The position numbers and the translations under genes were made by a program. A stretch of DNA of 64,000 bases from NCBI GenBank assembly GCA_026014875.1, contig JAOZHO010000017.1, positions 11,611-75,610 of the forward strand, given 5' to 3'. Below the pieces are notes generated by a model. That model ran no database searches. It saw only the letters and a program-made list of their open reading frames with translations, and was not told the DNA's origin. This document shows, piece by piece, positions 17,101 to 27,239 of this stretch. The stretch comes from Candidatus Bathyarchaeota archaeon. GTDB taxonomy: Archaea > Thermoproteota > Bathyarchaeia > TCS64. Numbering within the stretch: position 1 is the stretch's first letter; every line of letters begins with the position of its first letter.

Positions 17101-18060
17101 TCAGATTCTGATCACGTAGATGAGGGTATCCCCCGAGTTGGCGACCGCCGAGGTCCGCGAGTTGTTCGCGACCCCGTCGAAGGGCGCCGTGACAGTCTGC
17201 AGTGTGTCCCCGAAGAGGTCCACGACCTCCCCGAGAACCTGGCCCTCCTTCACCCTCTCGCCGGCAGCCGCCTTCTGGATCCACAGGCCTCCCCGCTCGG
17301 CGTGGAACCTTGCCTGCTCGGGGTTCACCGGGACCCCGACCTTCATCTCGGGGTCCCCCTCCAGCATGCCCATGTGCTTCATGACGTTGACGATGCCGTC
17401 CCTGTGGAATGCGACCTCCTCCTCCCGGACAGGGTACGGGGTCCCCGACTCGGGGGTGATGCAGGGGATGCCGTACTCTCTGAGGGCCTCCCCGCTGCTC
17501 CCCTTGATCTCCGAGGTCTGGATGTAGAGTGTGTCGTAGCACGAGGCCATCTCCATCATCTTCTTCCTGAGCCCCTCGTCCTCGGTGTTCCCGAAGATCA
17601 CGAACTTGTAGATATCCTCGGTGAGGTCCCCGCCGTGGCTGTCGATGAGCGCATCGGCCTTGGAGACAAAGTTCTCGAAGAGGCAGCTCGCGACCCGCCT
17701 GCTCAGGCTCCCGTCGGGGCTCCCGGGGAAGACCCTGTTCTGGTTGACATAGTCCACCGGGTTGATGAAGGCGGCCCGGGCGTTGAACCCGTCGGTGTTC
17801 ACCACCGGGACCAGGATGAGGGTGCCCCTGAGCCCCTCCGGCTCCACCTCCTGGGCCACCCTGAGGACCCCCTCGATGCTCGCGTACTCTAGAGGATGAA
17901 CGCCGCCCAAGACGCAGAGGGTCGGCCCCGGCTCGGAGCCGTTCACGATGACGTAGGGCATCATGACGTCGTGGGTCGAGGCCTCCCCGGCCTTCACGAA
18001 TCCCTTCGCCTTCTCCCCCTGCCCGATCTCCCTATCTCCTACTTTGAAAGACAAAACCAA
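17101..18060 (-). CDS. succinylglutamate desuccinylase/aspartoacylase (AstE/AspA) family zinc hydrolase
   Basis: CVLGGVHPLEYASIEG ... DSHGGD are His/Glu zinc ligands and give the fold typical of the AstE_AspA family. Confidence 0.8.
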   Translation of the reverse strand: MVLSFKVGDREIGQGEKAKGFVKAGEASTHDVMMPYVIVNGSEPGPTLCVLGGVHPLEYASIEGVLRVAQEVEPEGLRGTLILVPVVNTDGFNARAAFINPVDYVNQNRVFPGSPDGSLSRRVASCLFENFVSKADALIDSHGGDLTEDIYKFVIFGNTEDEGLRKKMMEMASCYDTLYIQTSEIKGSSGEALREYGIPCITPESGTPYPVREEEVAFHRDGIVNVMKHMGMLEGDPEMKVGVPVNPEQARFHAERGGLWIQKAAAGERVKEGQVLGEVVDLFGDTLQTVTAPFDGVANNSRTSAVANSGDTLIYVIRI

Positions 18061-18149
18061 TCACATCACTCATGGTTCAACCGATTTAAAACGTTTCAAA
18101 CCGAGGATAAACCTTGTAAATCTTCGAGGCAAATCAGGTTTGAGCCACT

Positions 18150-18938
18150 ATGAGCGTCAAGCTTCATCACAAGAGCTGGGTCACCATCAAGAAGCACCTA
18201 GAGTCCTCGGACACTGTGATCATACCCCTCGGCTCCATGGAGGCCCACGGGGAGCACAAACCCGTGGGATGCTGCTACCTCCTCGCCGAGGCGGCCTCGG
18301 AGGAGGTCTCCGAAAGGACCGGAGTTCCCCTCACCCCCGTTATCCCCTTCGGGATCTCCCCGCCCTACAAGCACTTCCCGGGCACAGTCACGGTGAGCTC
18401 CGAGACCCTCAACCGGTACGTCTACGAGGTCTCCGAGAGCCTCGCGCGCGCCGGCTTCAGGAAGATACTGTTTTTCAGCGCCCACGGCGGCAACAACCTC
18501 TCAGTCCTGAGGGAGGTCTCCTACAGGCTCCGGGAGGAGCACGGCGTCCTATGCGCCGTCATCCACGTCTGGGGCGTCATCTCGAAGATGATCCCCCCGG
18601 ATTTCTGGGGTCCCGGCCACCGCAGGGGCCACGGCGGGGAGCCCACCACCTCGGTGATGCTCCACCTGAAGCCAGACCTGGTTGACATGGCGAAGGCTCA
18701 GCTGAAGCCCCTGAAGGACATCGGGGAGGGCTTCGAAGCCAAGTCCTACGGGAACCACGAGTTCCAGGGGATAGTCCACAGCATCTTCCTCCACGCCGAG
18801 GAGGTGCAGCCCAGCGGGTTCATGGGGGACCCCACCAGGGCCACCCCTGAGAAGGGGAAATTCCTCTACGAGAAGGCAGTAGATCACCTCGTGGACCTCG
18901 TCGAGGCCTTCAGGAAAGTGGACCCCGATCAGGGCTAG
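18150..18938 (+). CDS. creatininase-family amidohydrolase (paralog 1)
   Basis: IIPLGSMEAHGEHKPVGCC ... FFSAHGGN ... GHGGE are metal-binding motifs of the creatininase/ArfB/MftE fold. Confidence 0.85.
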   Translation: MSVKLHHKSWVTIKKHLESSDTVIIPLGSMEAHGEHKPVGCCYLLAEAASEEVSERTGVPLTPVIPFGISPPYKHFPGTVTVSSETLNRYVYEVSESLARAGFRKILFFSAHGGNNLSVLREVSYRLREEHGVLCAVIHVWGVISKMIPPDFWGPGHRRGHGGEPTTSVMLHLKPDLVDMAKAQLKPLKDIGEGFEAKSYGNHEFQGIVHSIFLHAEEVQPSGFMGDPTRATPEKGKFLYEKAVDHLVDLVEAFRKVDPDQG

Positions 18939-19707
18939 CCTGCAGGGGTTATCTCCCAGTCTTTCCCATCCATCTCCCCGATGAAGTCAACCAGGAGGTC
19001 CACCAAGGCGTCCCGCATCAGCCGCCCCTTCTCGGGAGTCGCCTTCGTGGGATCACCGGTCACCGCATAGGGCGTTATCTCGTCGAACCTCCACTTCACC
19101 TGAACGTGGACCGGCAGATCCGGCACGACACCCCTCGCCCTCTCCATCTCCACGAGCTCCGGGGCAACCGCCAGCATCATGGAAGTCTCCCCCTCCCCGC
19201 CGTGGCCCAGCCCGTCCCAGACCTCGAAGGTCCCCTCGGGGAGGAGCTCCCCCGCGGTCACCCACCATGCTTCGAGGACGGCGATCCGCATCTCCGGGTG
19301 CTCGGTCCTGAACTCCCGGGTCGAGGCCTCGATGGCTGGAATGTTCCCGTCGTGGCCGTTGACGATGAGAAGCTTTTTGATCCCGTGGCTGAGGAGGGAT
19401 GCGAAGACCTCCCGGAGGACCCGCATCAGTGTCTCCGTGGTGAGGGTAAGCGCGATGGGGAACGAGGAGTAGTGGACGCTCATCCCGATGGGCAGAGCCG
19501 GGAGCACCAGGAGCCCCTCGACCCTCTCAGCGACAGCCTCAGCGAGATGGGACGCGATGAGGGTATCGGTGCCATGGGGGAGGTGCTCACCGTGGGACTC
19601 CGTTGATCCCACCGCCAGGACGGCCTTGTCGAAGCCCCCGGCCTCGAGTCCATGCCCCGTGAGCCGGAGCAGACGTTTCTCGCTCAAAATTTCACCGTAG
19701 AGCATTA
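18935..19707 (-). CDS. creatininase-family amidohydrolase (paralog 2)
   Basis: LAVGSTESHGEHLPHGTD ... IVNGHDGN ... GHGGEGE. Trimmed to ATG (MLYGEIL) at 19705-19707 because the longer 19978 frame is an extension. Confidence 0.8.
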
Positions 19708-19760
19708 AACCGGATTCGAATATAAGGACAGGAGGATAAAGTCTACGAGGAGGGTTACGG

Positions 19761-20510
19761 ATGTCTGATGAGGGTTCCCCGAGGGGGAGCGTCTGGATCG
19801 AGAATCTCACTTGGGTGGAGGCCGAGAGGGTTCTGGAGGAGTATGAGGTGGTGATGATACCTCTGGGGGCCAGGACCAAGGAGCACGGCCCCCACCTCCC
19901 CCTGAACAACGACTGGGTCATGGCGGAGTACCTCGCCAAGCGGGTGGCTGCTGAGGTCCCCGTCGCGGTGATGCCCACGCTCCAGTACGGATACTACCCC
20001 TCGTTCCTCGAGTACCCGGGCTCAGTCTCCCTGGGCTTCGAGACCTTCAAGGATCTGGTGAAGGACGTCTGCGTCTCCCTGGCGGGCTACGGCGTCCGCA
20101 AATTCTACGTCCTCAACACAGGGGTCTCAACCGCGAGGGCCCTCGGGCCGGCATCCGAGGAGCTCAGGAAGCAGGGGATCGAGATGAGGTTCACCGACAT
20201 CCTGGCCTCCGGGGCCAGGGCCGAGGAGGGGGTCTCCGAGCAGGAGGGGGGCACCCACGCAGACGAGATGGAGACCTCCATGATGCTCTACATCGACCCC
20301 GAGATGGTGGACATGTCCAAGGCCGTGAAGGATTATGATCCATCGGGGGGCCTGGGGCTCACCCGGGACCCCGAGAAAATAGGCTCCAAGTACTCGCCCA
20401 CGGGGGTCTTCGGGGACCCGACGCTGGCCACTGTGGAGAAGGGGAGGGTCGCGGTGGAGGCGAGGGTCCGCTTCATCGTCGAGGAGCTGAGAGCCCTCAT
20501 CGATTCTTAG
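19761..20510 (+). CDS. creatininase-family amidohydrolase (paralog 3)
   Basis: MIPLGARTKEHGPHLPLNNDW ... VLNTG ... GTHADEME. Confidence 0.85.
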   Translation: MSDEGSPRGSVWIENLTWVEAERVLEEYEVVMIPLGARTKEHGPHLPLNNDWVMAEYLAKRVAAEVPVAVMPTLQYGYYPSFLEYPGSVSLGFETFKDLVKDVCVSLAGYGVRKFYVLNTGVSTARALGPASEELRKQGIEMRFTDILASGARAEEGVSEQEGGTHADEMETSMMLYIDPEMVDMSKAVKDYDPSGGLGLTRDPEKIGSKYSPTGVFGDPTLATVEKGRVAVEARVRFIVEELRALIDS

Positions 20511-20519
20511 ACGCCGGGC

Positions 20520-21605
20520 TCACGATCTGAGAAGCCTGAATCCGGGCTTCAGCTTCCTGAGGGAGGCAACGAGTATCTCCACGAGGCCCGACATGTCTTT
20601 GAGGTCAAATGTCTCAACGGGGCTGTGGGAGTACCTTCGGGGAACGCCCACCGTCGTCGCCGGGATTCCTCCCCGGGTCTGGGCCATCGCCGAGGCGTCG
20701 GTCCCCCCGAGCTGGTAGCCCGACTGGTACGGGAGGCCCTCGGCCTCCGCCGTCTCGATTAGCCACTCCCTGAGACGGGAGTGGTAGATCCAGCTCCCCC
20801 TCCTCCCCATCTCCCCGATGTGGATCGCCGGGCCCCTCCCCACCTCGTAGACCATGTCCCTCATGTTGATGTCTGGCTGCCAACCCGAGGGCGCAGTGTC
20901 CACCGCCACAGCTGCGTCCACGTCGAGGTCATGGAGAGCCACGGCCGCCCCCCTGAGGCCCCCCTCCTCCTCCACTGTGCCGATATAGTAAACGGTTGCG
21001 GGTATCTCCTCGTCCTTCAGGGCCTTCGCGACGGCGATGAGCACCGTGAGCCCGGCCTTGTCGTCCACCGCAGGGCTCGTGATCAGGTCGTTGGCGAGCT
21101 CCCGGGGCTCGGCGTCGAAGACGATGGGCGTCCCCACTTTGACCCCCATCCCCTCAACCTCATCCCTGCTCCAGGCCCCCACATCGATGTACATCTCCTC
21201 GATGGGGGGAATCGTGTTCGCCTCGGACGGCGGGGTGACGTGCCCCGGCTTGATCCCCACCACCCCGGGAACCGATCCCTTCTCGGTGGCGAGGCGGACC
21301 CTCTGCCCCAGGATGGCCCGGTTGGAGGCCCCTCCCACCTTCCTGAACCTGATGAATCCCCTCTCGTCGATGTTGAATACCGTGAAGCCCACCTGATCCA
21401 TGTGGGCAGCTAGGGCGACCTTGGGAGCTTTTGGGTCTTTGCCCCGCTGGACCCCCACCACGTTGCCCCTGGGAGTCTCCTGGACCTCGTCCACGTAGGG
21501 GGCCAGGGCCTCCTTGAAGTGCCTGATCATGGGCTCCTCGAAGCCGTAGGGGGAGTCCACAGCCACGAGCCCTATGAAGGTCTCCTTGAGGAATTCGATA
21601 GACAT
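20520..21605 (-). CDS. M42 family aminopeptidase (TET/FrvX-like)
   Basis: Characteristic M42 N-terminus (LKETFIGLVAVDSPYGFEEPMI) and a PDZ-like insert with metal ligands (HMDQVGF..., ...EEGG...). Confidence 0.85.
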   Translation of the reverse strand: MSIEFLKETFIGLVAVDSPYGFEEPMIRHFKEALAPYVDEVQETPRGNVVGVQRGKDPKAPKVALAAHMDQVGFTVFNIDERGFIRFRKVGGASNRAILGQRVRLATEKGSVPGVVGIKPGHVTPPSEANTIPPIEEMYIDVGAWSRDEVEGMGVKVGTPIVFDAEPRELANDLITSPAVDDKAGLTVLIAVAKALKDEEIPATVYYIGTVEEEGGLRGAAVALHDLDVDAAVAVDTAPSGWQPDINMRDMVYEVGRGPAIHIGEMGRRGSWIYHSRLREWLIETAEAEGLPYQSGYQLGGTDASAMAQTRGGIPATTVGVPRRYSHSPVETFDLKDMSGLVEILVASLRKLKPGFRLLRS

Positions 21606-21711
21606 GCATCTCCCTCACCCGTCTACCCTCAATAGCTTAATGGTCGCATCGCAGGGTCCTCGAATAATGTAATAGTTTATCAAGCGCGTTTCGAATAAAA
21701 CTGGGATAGAA

Positions 21712-22206
21712 ATGGGTGACACCAAGGAAAACTTGGCTTCCGCCTTCGCGGGAGAATCCCAGGCGAATCGCCGCTACCTGGCCTTCGCGAAGAAGGCCGT
21801 CGAGGACGGGTTCCCAAACCTCGCCAAGCTCTTCAAGGCCGCCGCGGCCGCCGAGACGATCCACGCCCACAACCACCTCAGGGTGATGGGGGGGATAGGG
21901 TCAACGACCGAGAACGTCCAGGAGGCATTCGACGGGGAGACATTCGAGTTCCAGCAGATGTACCCCGAGTTCCTCGCCGTCGCCAAGGAGGCGGGGGAGG
22001 CCCAGGCCACCTGGTCCTTCGACGTGGCGCTGCAGGTCGAGAAGGTCCACGCCGGGCTCTACGAGGGCGCCCTCGCGTCCATCAACTCCGGGAAGGACTT
22101 GGAGGTCGAAAAGTTCTACGTCTGCAAGGTCTGCGGGAACACCTTCGAGAACGAGCATCCCGATGAATGCCCTATCTGCTACGCTACCGAGTTCAAAGAG
22201 GTATAA
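21712..22206 (+). CDS. rbr: rubrerythrin
   Basis: N-terminal diiron four-helix ExxH motifs (GESQANRRY, AETIHAHNH, ...E..H) plus a C-terminal rubredoxin-like CKVCG...CPIC. Confidence 0.9.
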   Translation: MGDTKENLASAFAGESQANRRYLAFAKKAVEDGFPNLAKLFKAAAAAETIHAHNHLRVMGGIGSTTENVQEAFDGETFEFQQMYPEFLAVAKEAGEAQATWSFDVALQVEKVHAGLYEGALASINSGKDLEVEKFYVCKVCGNTFENEHPDECPICYATEFKEV

Positions 22207-22487
22207 TCTCTTTTTTTCTATAACCACGTATAGTGGTAGCCATGCGCCTCTGGTCCCTCCACTCCCGCTACCTAGACTTGAAAGGACTCGGCGGTCATCA
22301 CCGCGATCTGGTATTTCAGGAGAGGCGGGTCGGATCAAGTCCGGAGGGGCCCCGTCACTCTCGTCTACGTCCCCGTCGGTGACGGCTTCCGCATCGCCCA
22401 CGCCAACTTTGCATGCTACTGAATCTGCAGGACTCGCAGACGCGCCTGATGGCCGTGCAGTAAACTTATCACATATGATCCTGAACA

Positions 22488-23681
22488 TTGGGAGTGTGTC
22501 CGGAATTGGATGAGGGCTTCGAGGAGATCTACACAGTCAGAGACGATTACAAGAGATTCCACCAGGAGAACACGGCTTTCGGGAGGGCCATGAGGGCCGG
22601 GAAGAGGGGATACGTCGACCCCGAGGCGAAGCTGAAACGGATGAAAGACGATATTCCGGGTTACGGCATCGTCGACTACGCCTTCAGCGGCGCCGCCCTC
22701 ACAGCCGCCCAGGCCTCCCACTCCGGCCGCGGGAACCAGGACTCCGGCTTCTACTCCTGGAGCCCCCTGGGGGTGACCCACAAGCCCGAAGGAGTCCCCC
22801 GGTGGGAAGGGTCCCCGGAAGAGGCGGGCAGGATCGTCGCCAAGGCCGGGAAATTCTACGGAGCCGTGAGCGTCGGCTTCACCGAGCTCGATAAACGCTG
22901 GGTCTACAGCCACGACTCCGACGGGAGGCCCATCGTCTTCGAGGACGTCGATGAGGGCTACGTCACCGAGGAGAAGGCGGTGATCCCCGAGAGCCACAGG
23001 TGGGTCATCGCGATCACCGTGCCCATGGAGGTGGATGAGATGATGTACGCCCCGACGGCCCTGAACCCCGTGAGCAACATGGGCTACAGCAGGATGCCCG
23101 TCGTCGCCGGGAGCGTAGCCGAGTTCATCAGGGGCCTCGGGTACCACGCCATCCCCTGCGGCAACGACACCGCCCTCAGCGTCCCCATTGCGATCCAGGC
23201 CGGCCTGGGCCATCTGGGGCGCCACGGCCGCCTCATCACCTGGGAGAGGGGGCCCATGGTGCGCATCGCCAAGGTCTTCACCGACCTGCCCTTCGAACAG
23301 AGCCCCCTCGCCCCTAAGGGGATCATCGAGTACTGCGAGGTCTGCAAAAAGTGTGCCAAGGAGTGCCCCAGCGGCTCCATCCCCGAGGGGCCCCGGACGT
23401 ATGAGGGGTTCAGCGAGGCGAACAATCCGGGGGTCCTCAAGTGGTACTGCAACGCGGACACCTGCCTCGACTACTGGAGGGAGGTGGGCTCAGGGTGCAG
23501 CATCTGCTTCAGGGTCTGCAGCTTCACCAAGGAGAGGGGAATCACCCACGGCATCGTGAAGTGGTTCATCAGGAACGTCCCCCAGCTCAACAGGCTCTGG
23601 GTCTGGACAGACGACTTCCTCGACTACGGGAAGATGGCCGATCCATCGGAGTACTGGGACCTCCCCTACAAGAGGAGCTAG
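22488..23681 (+). CDS. reductive dehalogenase / epoxyqueuosine reductase (QueG) superfamily protein: corrinoid-binding core plus 2x[4Fe-4S] ferredoxin motifs
   Basis: C-terminal CEVCKKCAKECP and C..DTC...C...CSICFRVC look like two Fe-S cluster motifs as in the RdhA/QueG superfamily. Start is uncertain (TTG 22488 or ATG 22590). Confidence 0.5.
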   Translation: MGVCPELDEGFEEIYTVRDDYKRFHQENTAFGRAMRAGKRGYVDPEAKLKRMKDDIPGYGIVDYAFSGAALTAAQASHSGRGNQDSGFYSWSPLGVTHKPEGVPRWEGSPEEAGRIVAKAGKFYGAVSVGFTELDKRWVYSHDSDGRPIVFEDVDEGYVTEEKAVIPESHRWVIAITVPMEVDEMMYAPTALNPVSNMGYSRMPVVAGSVAEFIRGLGYHAIPCGNDTALSVPIAIQAGLGHLGRHGRLITWERGPMVRIAKVFTDLPFEQSPLAPKGIIEYCEVCKKCAKECPSGSIPEGPRTYEGFSEANNPGVLKWYCNADTCLDYWREVGSGCSICFRVCSFTKERGITHGIVKWFIRNVPQLNRLWVWTDDFLDYGKMADPSEYWDLPYKRS

Positions 23682-23699
23682 AAAGGGGGAAATCTCCCC

Positions 23700-24224
23700 T
23701 CAGAATTTCTCTTGGGACACTATCTCCGAGAGGGGCTTCCGCCGATCCGTCTCGTGGAACGCCTTCTCGGCCTCGGGGTAGCCCAGGGGGCTCACGGCGA
23801 CCACGTCGTAGTCTTCAGGGATACCCAGGGCACCCTTGATGGTCTCATTCTCGAAATCCCCTATCCAGCATGTCCCAAGTCCCTCCGCCCTGGCGGCGAG
23901 GATGAACTGGGTGAACGCGATGGAGATGTCCAACAGGAACGACATGTCCCCCATGTAGCCCCCCCTGTTAGAGCCGGTCTTGCGCCCGCAGGCCACCACG
24001 ACTATCGGGGCCTCGTCGATCCACGCTTGCCTGCCGCAGGTCGCCACGACCTCCGCCTTCTTCTCGGAGTCGCTCACCAGGACGAATTTCCAGGGCTGCC
24101 GGTTGCTCCCCGAGGGGGAGAGCCTCACAGCCTCCAGCACCCTCGCCATGGCTTCCGGGTCGGGTTCATCGGGCCTGAAAGTGCGGACGCTCCGCCTCGT
24201 CTTCACGACTTCGTAAAACTCCAT
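23700..24224 (-). CDS. nitroreductase family protein
   Basis: RRSVRTFRPDEPDPEAMARVLEAVRLSPSGSNRQPWKF is the nitroreductase FMN-binding signature. Trimmed to MEFYEVV. Confidence 0.85.
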   Translation of the reverse strand: MEFYEVVKTRRSVRTFRPDEPDPEAMARVLEAVRLSPSGSNRQPWKFVLVSDSEKKAEVVATCGRQAWIDEAPIVVVACGRKTGSNRGGYMGDMSFLLDISIAFTQFILAARAEGLGTCWIGDFENETIKGALGIPEDYDVVAVSPLGYPEAEKAFHETDRRKPLSEIVSQEKF

Positions 24225-24315
24225 GATCCTCGACATGATGAGGGTGCACGGATTCTTAAGATGTGAGGTGAAGGGCATCGACAGTCTTTTTATCACATGT
24301 GAACTACCGCTTTCC

Positions 24316-26007
24316 ATGTCTTCTGATTCCTTCACCTATCAAGCCCGGCAGTGGGCCGGGGCGGGGAGGCTCGACTGCGTCGCCGAGAGGGGCATGATCG
24401 CCTCGAAGCACCCCCTCATCGGGGAGGCCGGCCTCAAGATGATCCGGAAAGGTGGGAACGCCGTGGACGCCGCCATAGCAGCGGCCTTCATGGACTGCGT
24501 CGTGGAGCCCGCGAGCAACGGCATCGGGGGCGAGGGGGTGCTGACCATCCACCTCTCCTCGGGGGAGAACGTCGTCGTCGACTACGTGGGGCGCCCCGCC
24601 AAGAGCTGCGCCCCCGAGATGTTCGAGCTCGAGGAGGACGCGGAGCCGGGCTGGATGGGCTGGAAGAAGGCGAAAGGAGACGCCAACGTGGTCGGCCACA
24701 AGGCCTGCACCACACCGGGCACGGTGGCGGGCCTCGCCAAGGCCCTGGAGATGCATGGAACCCTCAGCCTCGGGGAGACATTGGCCCCGGCTATCGGCGT
24801 GGCGGAGGAGGGATTCGTCGTGGGCTGGGGAACCGCCTCGGCGATCTTCCAGGGGATGAGGCTCTTCAGCAGGAACCCCGGGTGGAGGCGCATCTACCTC
24901 CACGACGAGAGATGGCCCTACAAGCCCTACTCCACGGCCCTCGCCAACCCCGAGCGCCTAGTCAACAAGGACCTCGCAAAGAGCCTCCGCGCCATCGCGA
25001 AAGACGGCCCCGAGGCCTTCTACGAGGGCTGGATCGCCGGGAAGATCGTGGAGGAGATGGAGAGGGGCGGGGGCCTCATCACCGCGGAGGACCTCGCCCG
25101 GTACGAGCCCATCGTCCTAGAGCCCGAGCCCGGGAGCTACAGGGGACACGACGTGGTCTACGACCCCACCCACTCGGGAACCACGATGTTCCAGATCCTC
25201 AAGATCCTAGAGGGGTACGACCTCACAGGCCTCGGTTTCGGGACCCCCGAGACGGTTCACCTCATGGCGGAGGCTATCGGCCTCGCCTTTGCGGACCGCT
25301 TCGAGTACATGGGGGACCCCGGCTGGGTGGATGTGCCCCAGAGGGGGATGGTCTCCGGGGAGTACGCCGCCGGGCTCAGGGAGCGGATCAAGATGGACGA
25401 GGCCGGGGCCATGACCCCCGGGGACCCCTGGCCCCACGAGCCCGAGCACACCACGGCCCTCGCCGTGGGGGACGGGGACGGCAACCTCGTGTCTGTCAAC
25501 CAGACCCTGGTGAACAGCTTCGGCTGCGGGGTCGTGATTCCCGGCACGGGGATATTGATGAACAACGCGATGTACGGCCTCAACCCCAGCCCGGGGACCG
25601 CGAACAGCATCGACGGCAGGAAGCGCCGGATCCAGAATGTCTGCCCCACCGTGCTCCTCAAGGCCGGGGAGTCTTTCATGGCGCTGGGGGCCCCGGGGGG
25701 GAGGGCGATCCAGATATCGGTCGCCCAGGTGATCAGCCACGTCATCGACCACGGGATGGGGATCCAGGAGGCCATCGAGGCCCCGAGAATCTTCAGGGAA
25801 ACCTCGACCGTCTACGCGGATAGCAGGTTCCCCGTCGAGGTGAAGGAGGGGCTCGAGGCGAGGGGCCACGATCTGGTCTGGGTGGAGCAGGAGCTCCAGA
25901 ACTGGGCTAGGCCCGTGGGCGTTCTCAGGGATCCCGGGACGGGGCTGCTCCACGGCGGGGTCCAATGCCACCTGACAGGGTTCGAGTCTGTGGCTATTGG
26001 GCTCTGA
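24316..26007 (+). CDS. ggt: gamma-glutamyltranspeptidase
   Basis: GGNAVDAAIAAAF, the autoprocessing/nucleophile region EHTTALAVGDGDGNLVSV (Thr) and GxxGG. Start at ATG 24316 (MSSDSF). Confidence 0.85.
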   Translation: MSSDSFTYQARQWAGAGRLDCVAERGMIASKHPLIGEAGLKMIRKGGNAVDAAIAAAFMDCVVEPASNGIGGEGVLTIHLSSGENVVVDYVGRPAKSCAPEMFELEEDAEPGWMGWKKAKGDANVVGHKACTTPGTVAGLAKALEMHGTLSLGETLAPAIGVAEEGFVVGWGTASAIFQGMRLFSRNPGWRRIYLHDERWPYKPYSTALANPERLVNKDLAKSLRAIAKDGPEAFYEGWIAGKIVEEMERGGGLITAEDLARYEPIVLEPEPGSYRGHDVVYDPTHSGTTMFQILKILEGYDLTGLGFGTPETVHLMAEAIGLAFADRFEYMGDPGWVDVPQRGMVSGEYAAGLRERIKMDEAGAMTPGDPWPHEPEHTTALAVGDGDGNLVSVNQTLVNSFGCGVVIPGTGILMNNAMYGLNPSPGTANSIDGRKRRIQNVCPTVLLKAGESFMALGAPGGRAIQISVAQVISHVIDHGMGIQEAIEAPRIFRETSTVYADSRFPVEVKEGLEARGHDLVWVEQELQNWARPVGVLRDPGTGLLHGGVQCHLTGFESVAIGL

Positions 26008-27160
26008 CTCGCACGCCTCTTTATCATCGATCAGACATCATAAATTTGCTTGGGGTAATCTCTTTTCGATCGCTTTGAAGAGCTATCTGGACATCAGTAA
26101 GGACGAGGAGAAGCACGCCCTCACCCTCCACGGGGAGAGCGTCGTCATCGACGCGAGCCTCGTCGCGTTCATCGACTACGTGGGGGAGGACATCTGGGTA
26201 GACGACGTCCTCAAGGGAGGATTGACGGCGAGCAACGCCACTGTCTGCATGGGGCGGAGCTTCAACGGGGCCCTCACGGAGCTAGGGGAGCACCACGACT
26301 GGGCTGAGAAGAATGAGAAGGCCCTCATCGCCCTGAAGGCGTCTGACATCGAGAAGGCGAAGAAGGAGAGGAGACACGCCATCATCCTGGGCCCCCAGGA
26401 CAGCAGCTTCCTGGAGGGGAACATCCGATTCCTCGAGACGGCCCGGGAGTGGGGCATCCGCATCATTCAGCTCACCTACAATCACAGGAACGAGGCGGGG
26501 GACGGCTGCAAGGAGCGATGCGACGCGGGGCTCAGCGTCTACGGCGTCAAGCTCGTGGAGGAGATGAACAGGCTGGGGGTCCTCATCGACCTGAGCCACA
26601 CGGGGGACGCCAGCGTCATGGAGGCCATCGAGATGAGCGGGGACCCCGTGAGCTTCACCCATGTCATCCCCCGGTCCACGACTCCCAGGGAGATGGGGGG
26701 CTACGCTAAGTGGATGAGCGGCGGCCCCTACGGCGAGTTCCTCGAGTACTCCCTCCAGAGGGGGAAGAGCGACGAAGCCCTACAGGCCTGCGCCGAGAAG
26801 GGGGGCGTCATCGGGGTGACCCCCTACTTTGCGAAGAAGGCGGGGGACTCGACCCTCACCGACGACCTCATGGACCAGGTGGACGCCACAGTGAACCTCG
26901 TGGGGGCGGACCACGTGGGCTTCGGGTCCGATCTCGACTTCAGGAACAGCGTCACCCGGGGGGCCTATATCTGGAAGCACCCGGACAGGCTCGGAGTAGA
27001 CTACTTCACCCCCATGGACGAGTCCTGGGGATACGGCTGGCTGGAGCACATGCCCAACTTCACCAGGGGGCTCGTGGCCCGGGGCTACTCCGACCCGGAG
27101 ATCGAGGGAATCCTAGGGGGCAACTTCCTCAGGCTCTTCAAGAGGGTCTGGGGGGAATAG
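25997..27160 (+). CDS. membrane (renal-type) dipeptidase, M19 family
   Basis: Zinc ligands in ...IIQLTYNHRNE...LIDLSHTGD...H fit the Peptidase_M19 layout. The start may be downstream of 25997. Confidence 0.75.
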   Translation: MGSDSHASLSSIRHHKFAWGNLFSIALKSYLDISKDEEKHALTLHGESVVIDASLVAFIDYVGEDIWVDDVLKGGLTASNATVCMGRSFNGALTELGEHHDWAEKNEKALIALKASDIEKAKKERRHAIILGPQDSSFLEGNIRFLETAREWGIRIIQLTYNHRNEAGDGCKERCDAGLSVYGVKLVEEMNRLGVLIDLSHTGDASVMEAIEMSGDPVSFTHVIPRSTTPREMGGYAKWMSGGPYGEFLEYSLQRGKSDEALQACAEKGGVIGVTPYFAKKAGDSTLTDDLMDQVDATVNLVGADHVGFGSDLDFRNSVTRGAYIWKHPDRLGVDYFTPMDESWGYGWLEHMPNFTRGLVARGYSDPEIEGILGGNFLRLFKRVWGE

Positions 27161-27239
27161 CTCCTCCCTTTTCCCGCTATCAGTTTTCTCTGGCAAGCCC
27201 TGATAAGCTTCATCAATCTCCAAGGACATTGTTTCAACC

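Noticed and set aside
17302-17892. 196-aa + strand ORF and several other 60-250-aa ORFs antisense to annotated genes
   Set aside because: They are antisense to or off-frame of strongly supported genes, which is typical spurious ORF inflation in high-GC sequence.
24351-25823. 490-aa Arg/Gly-rich ORF
   Set aside because: Off-frame of the gamma-glutamyltranspeptidase gene.
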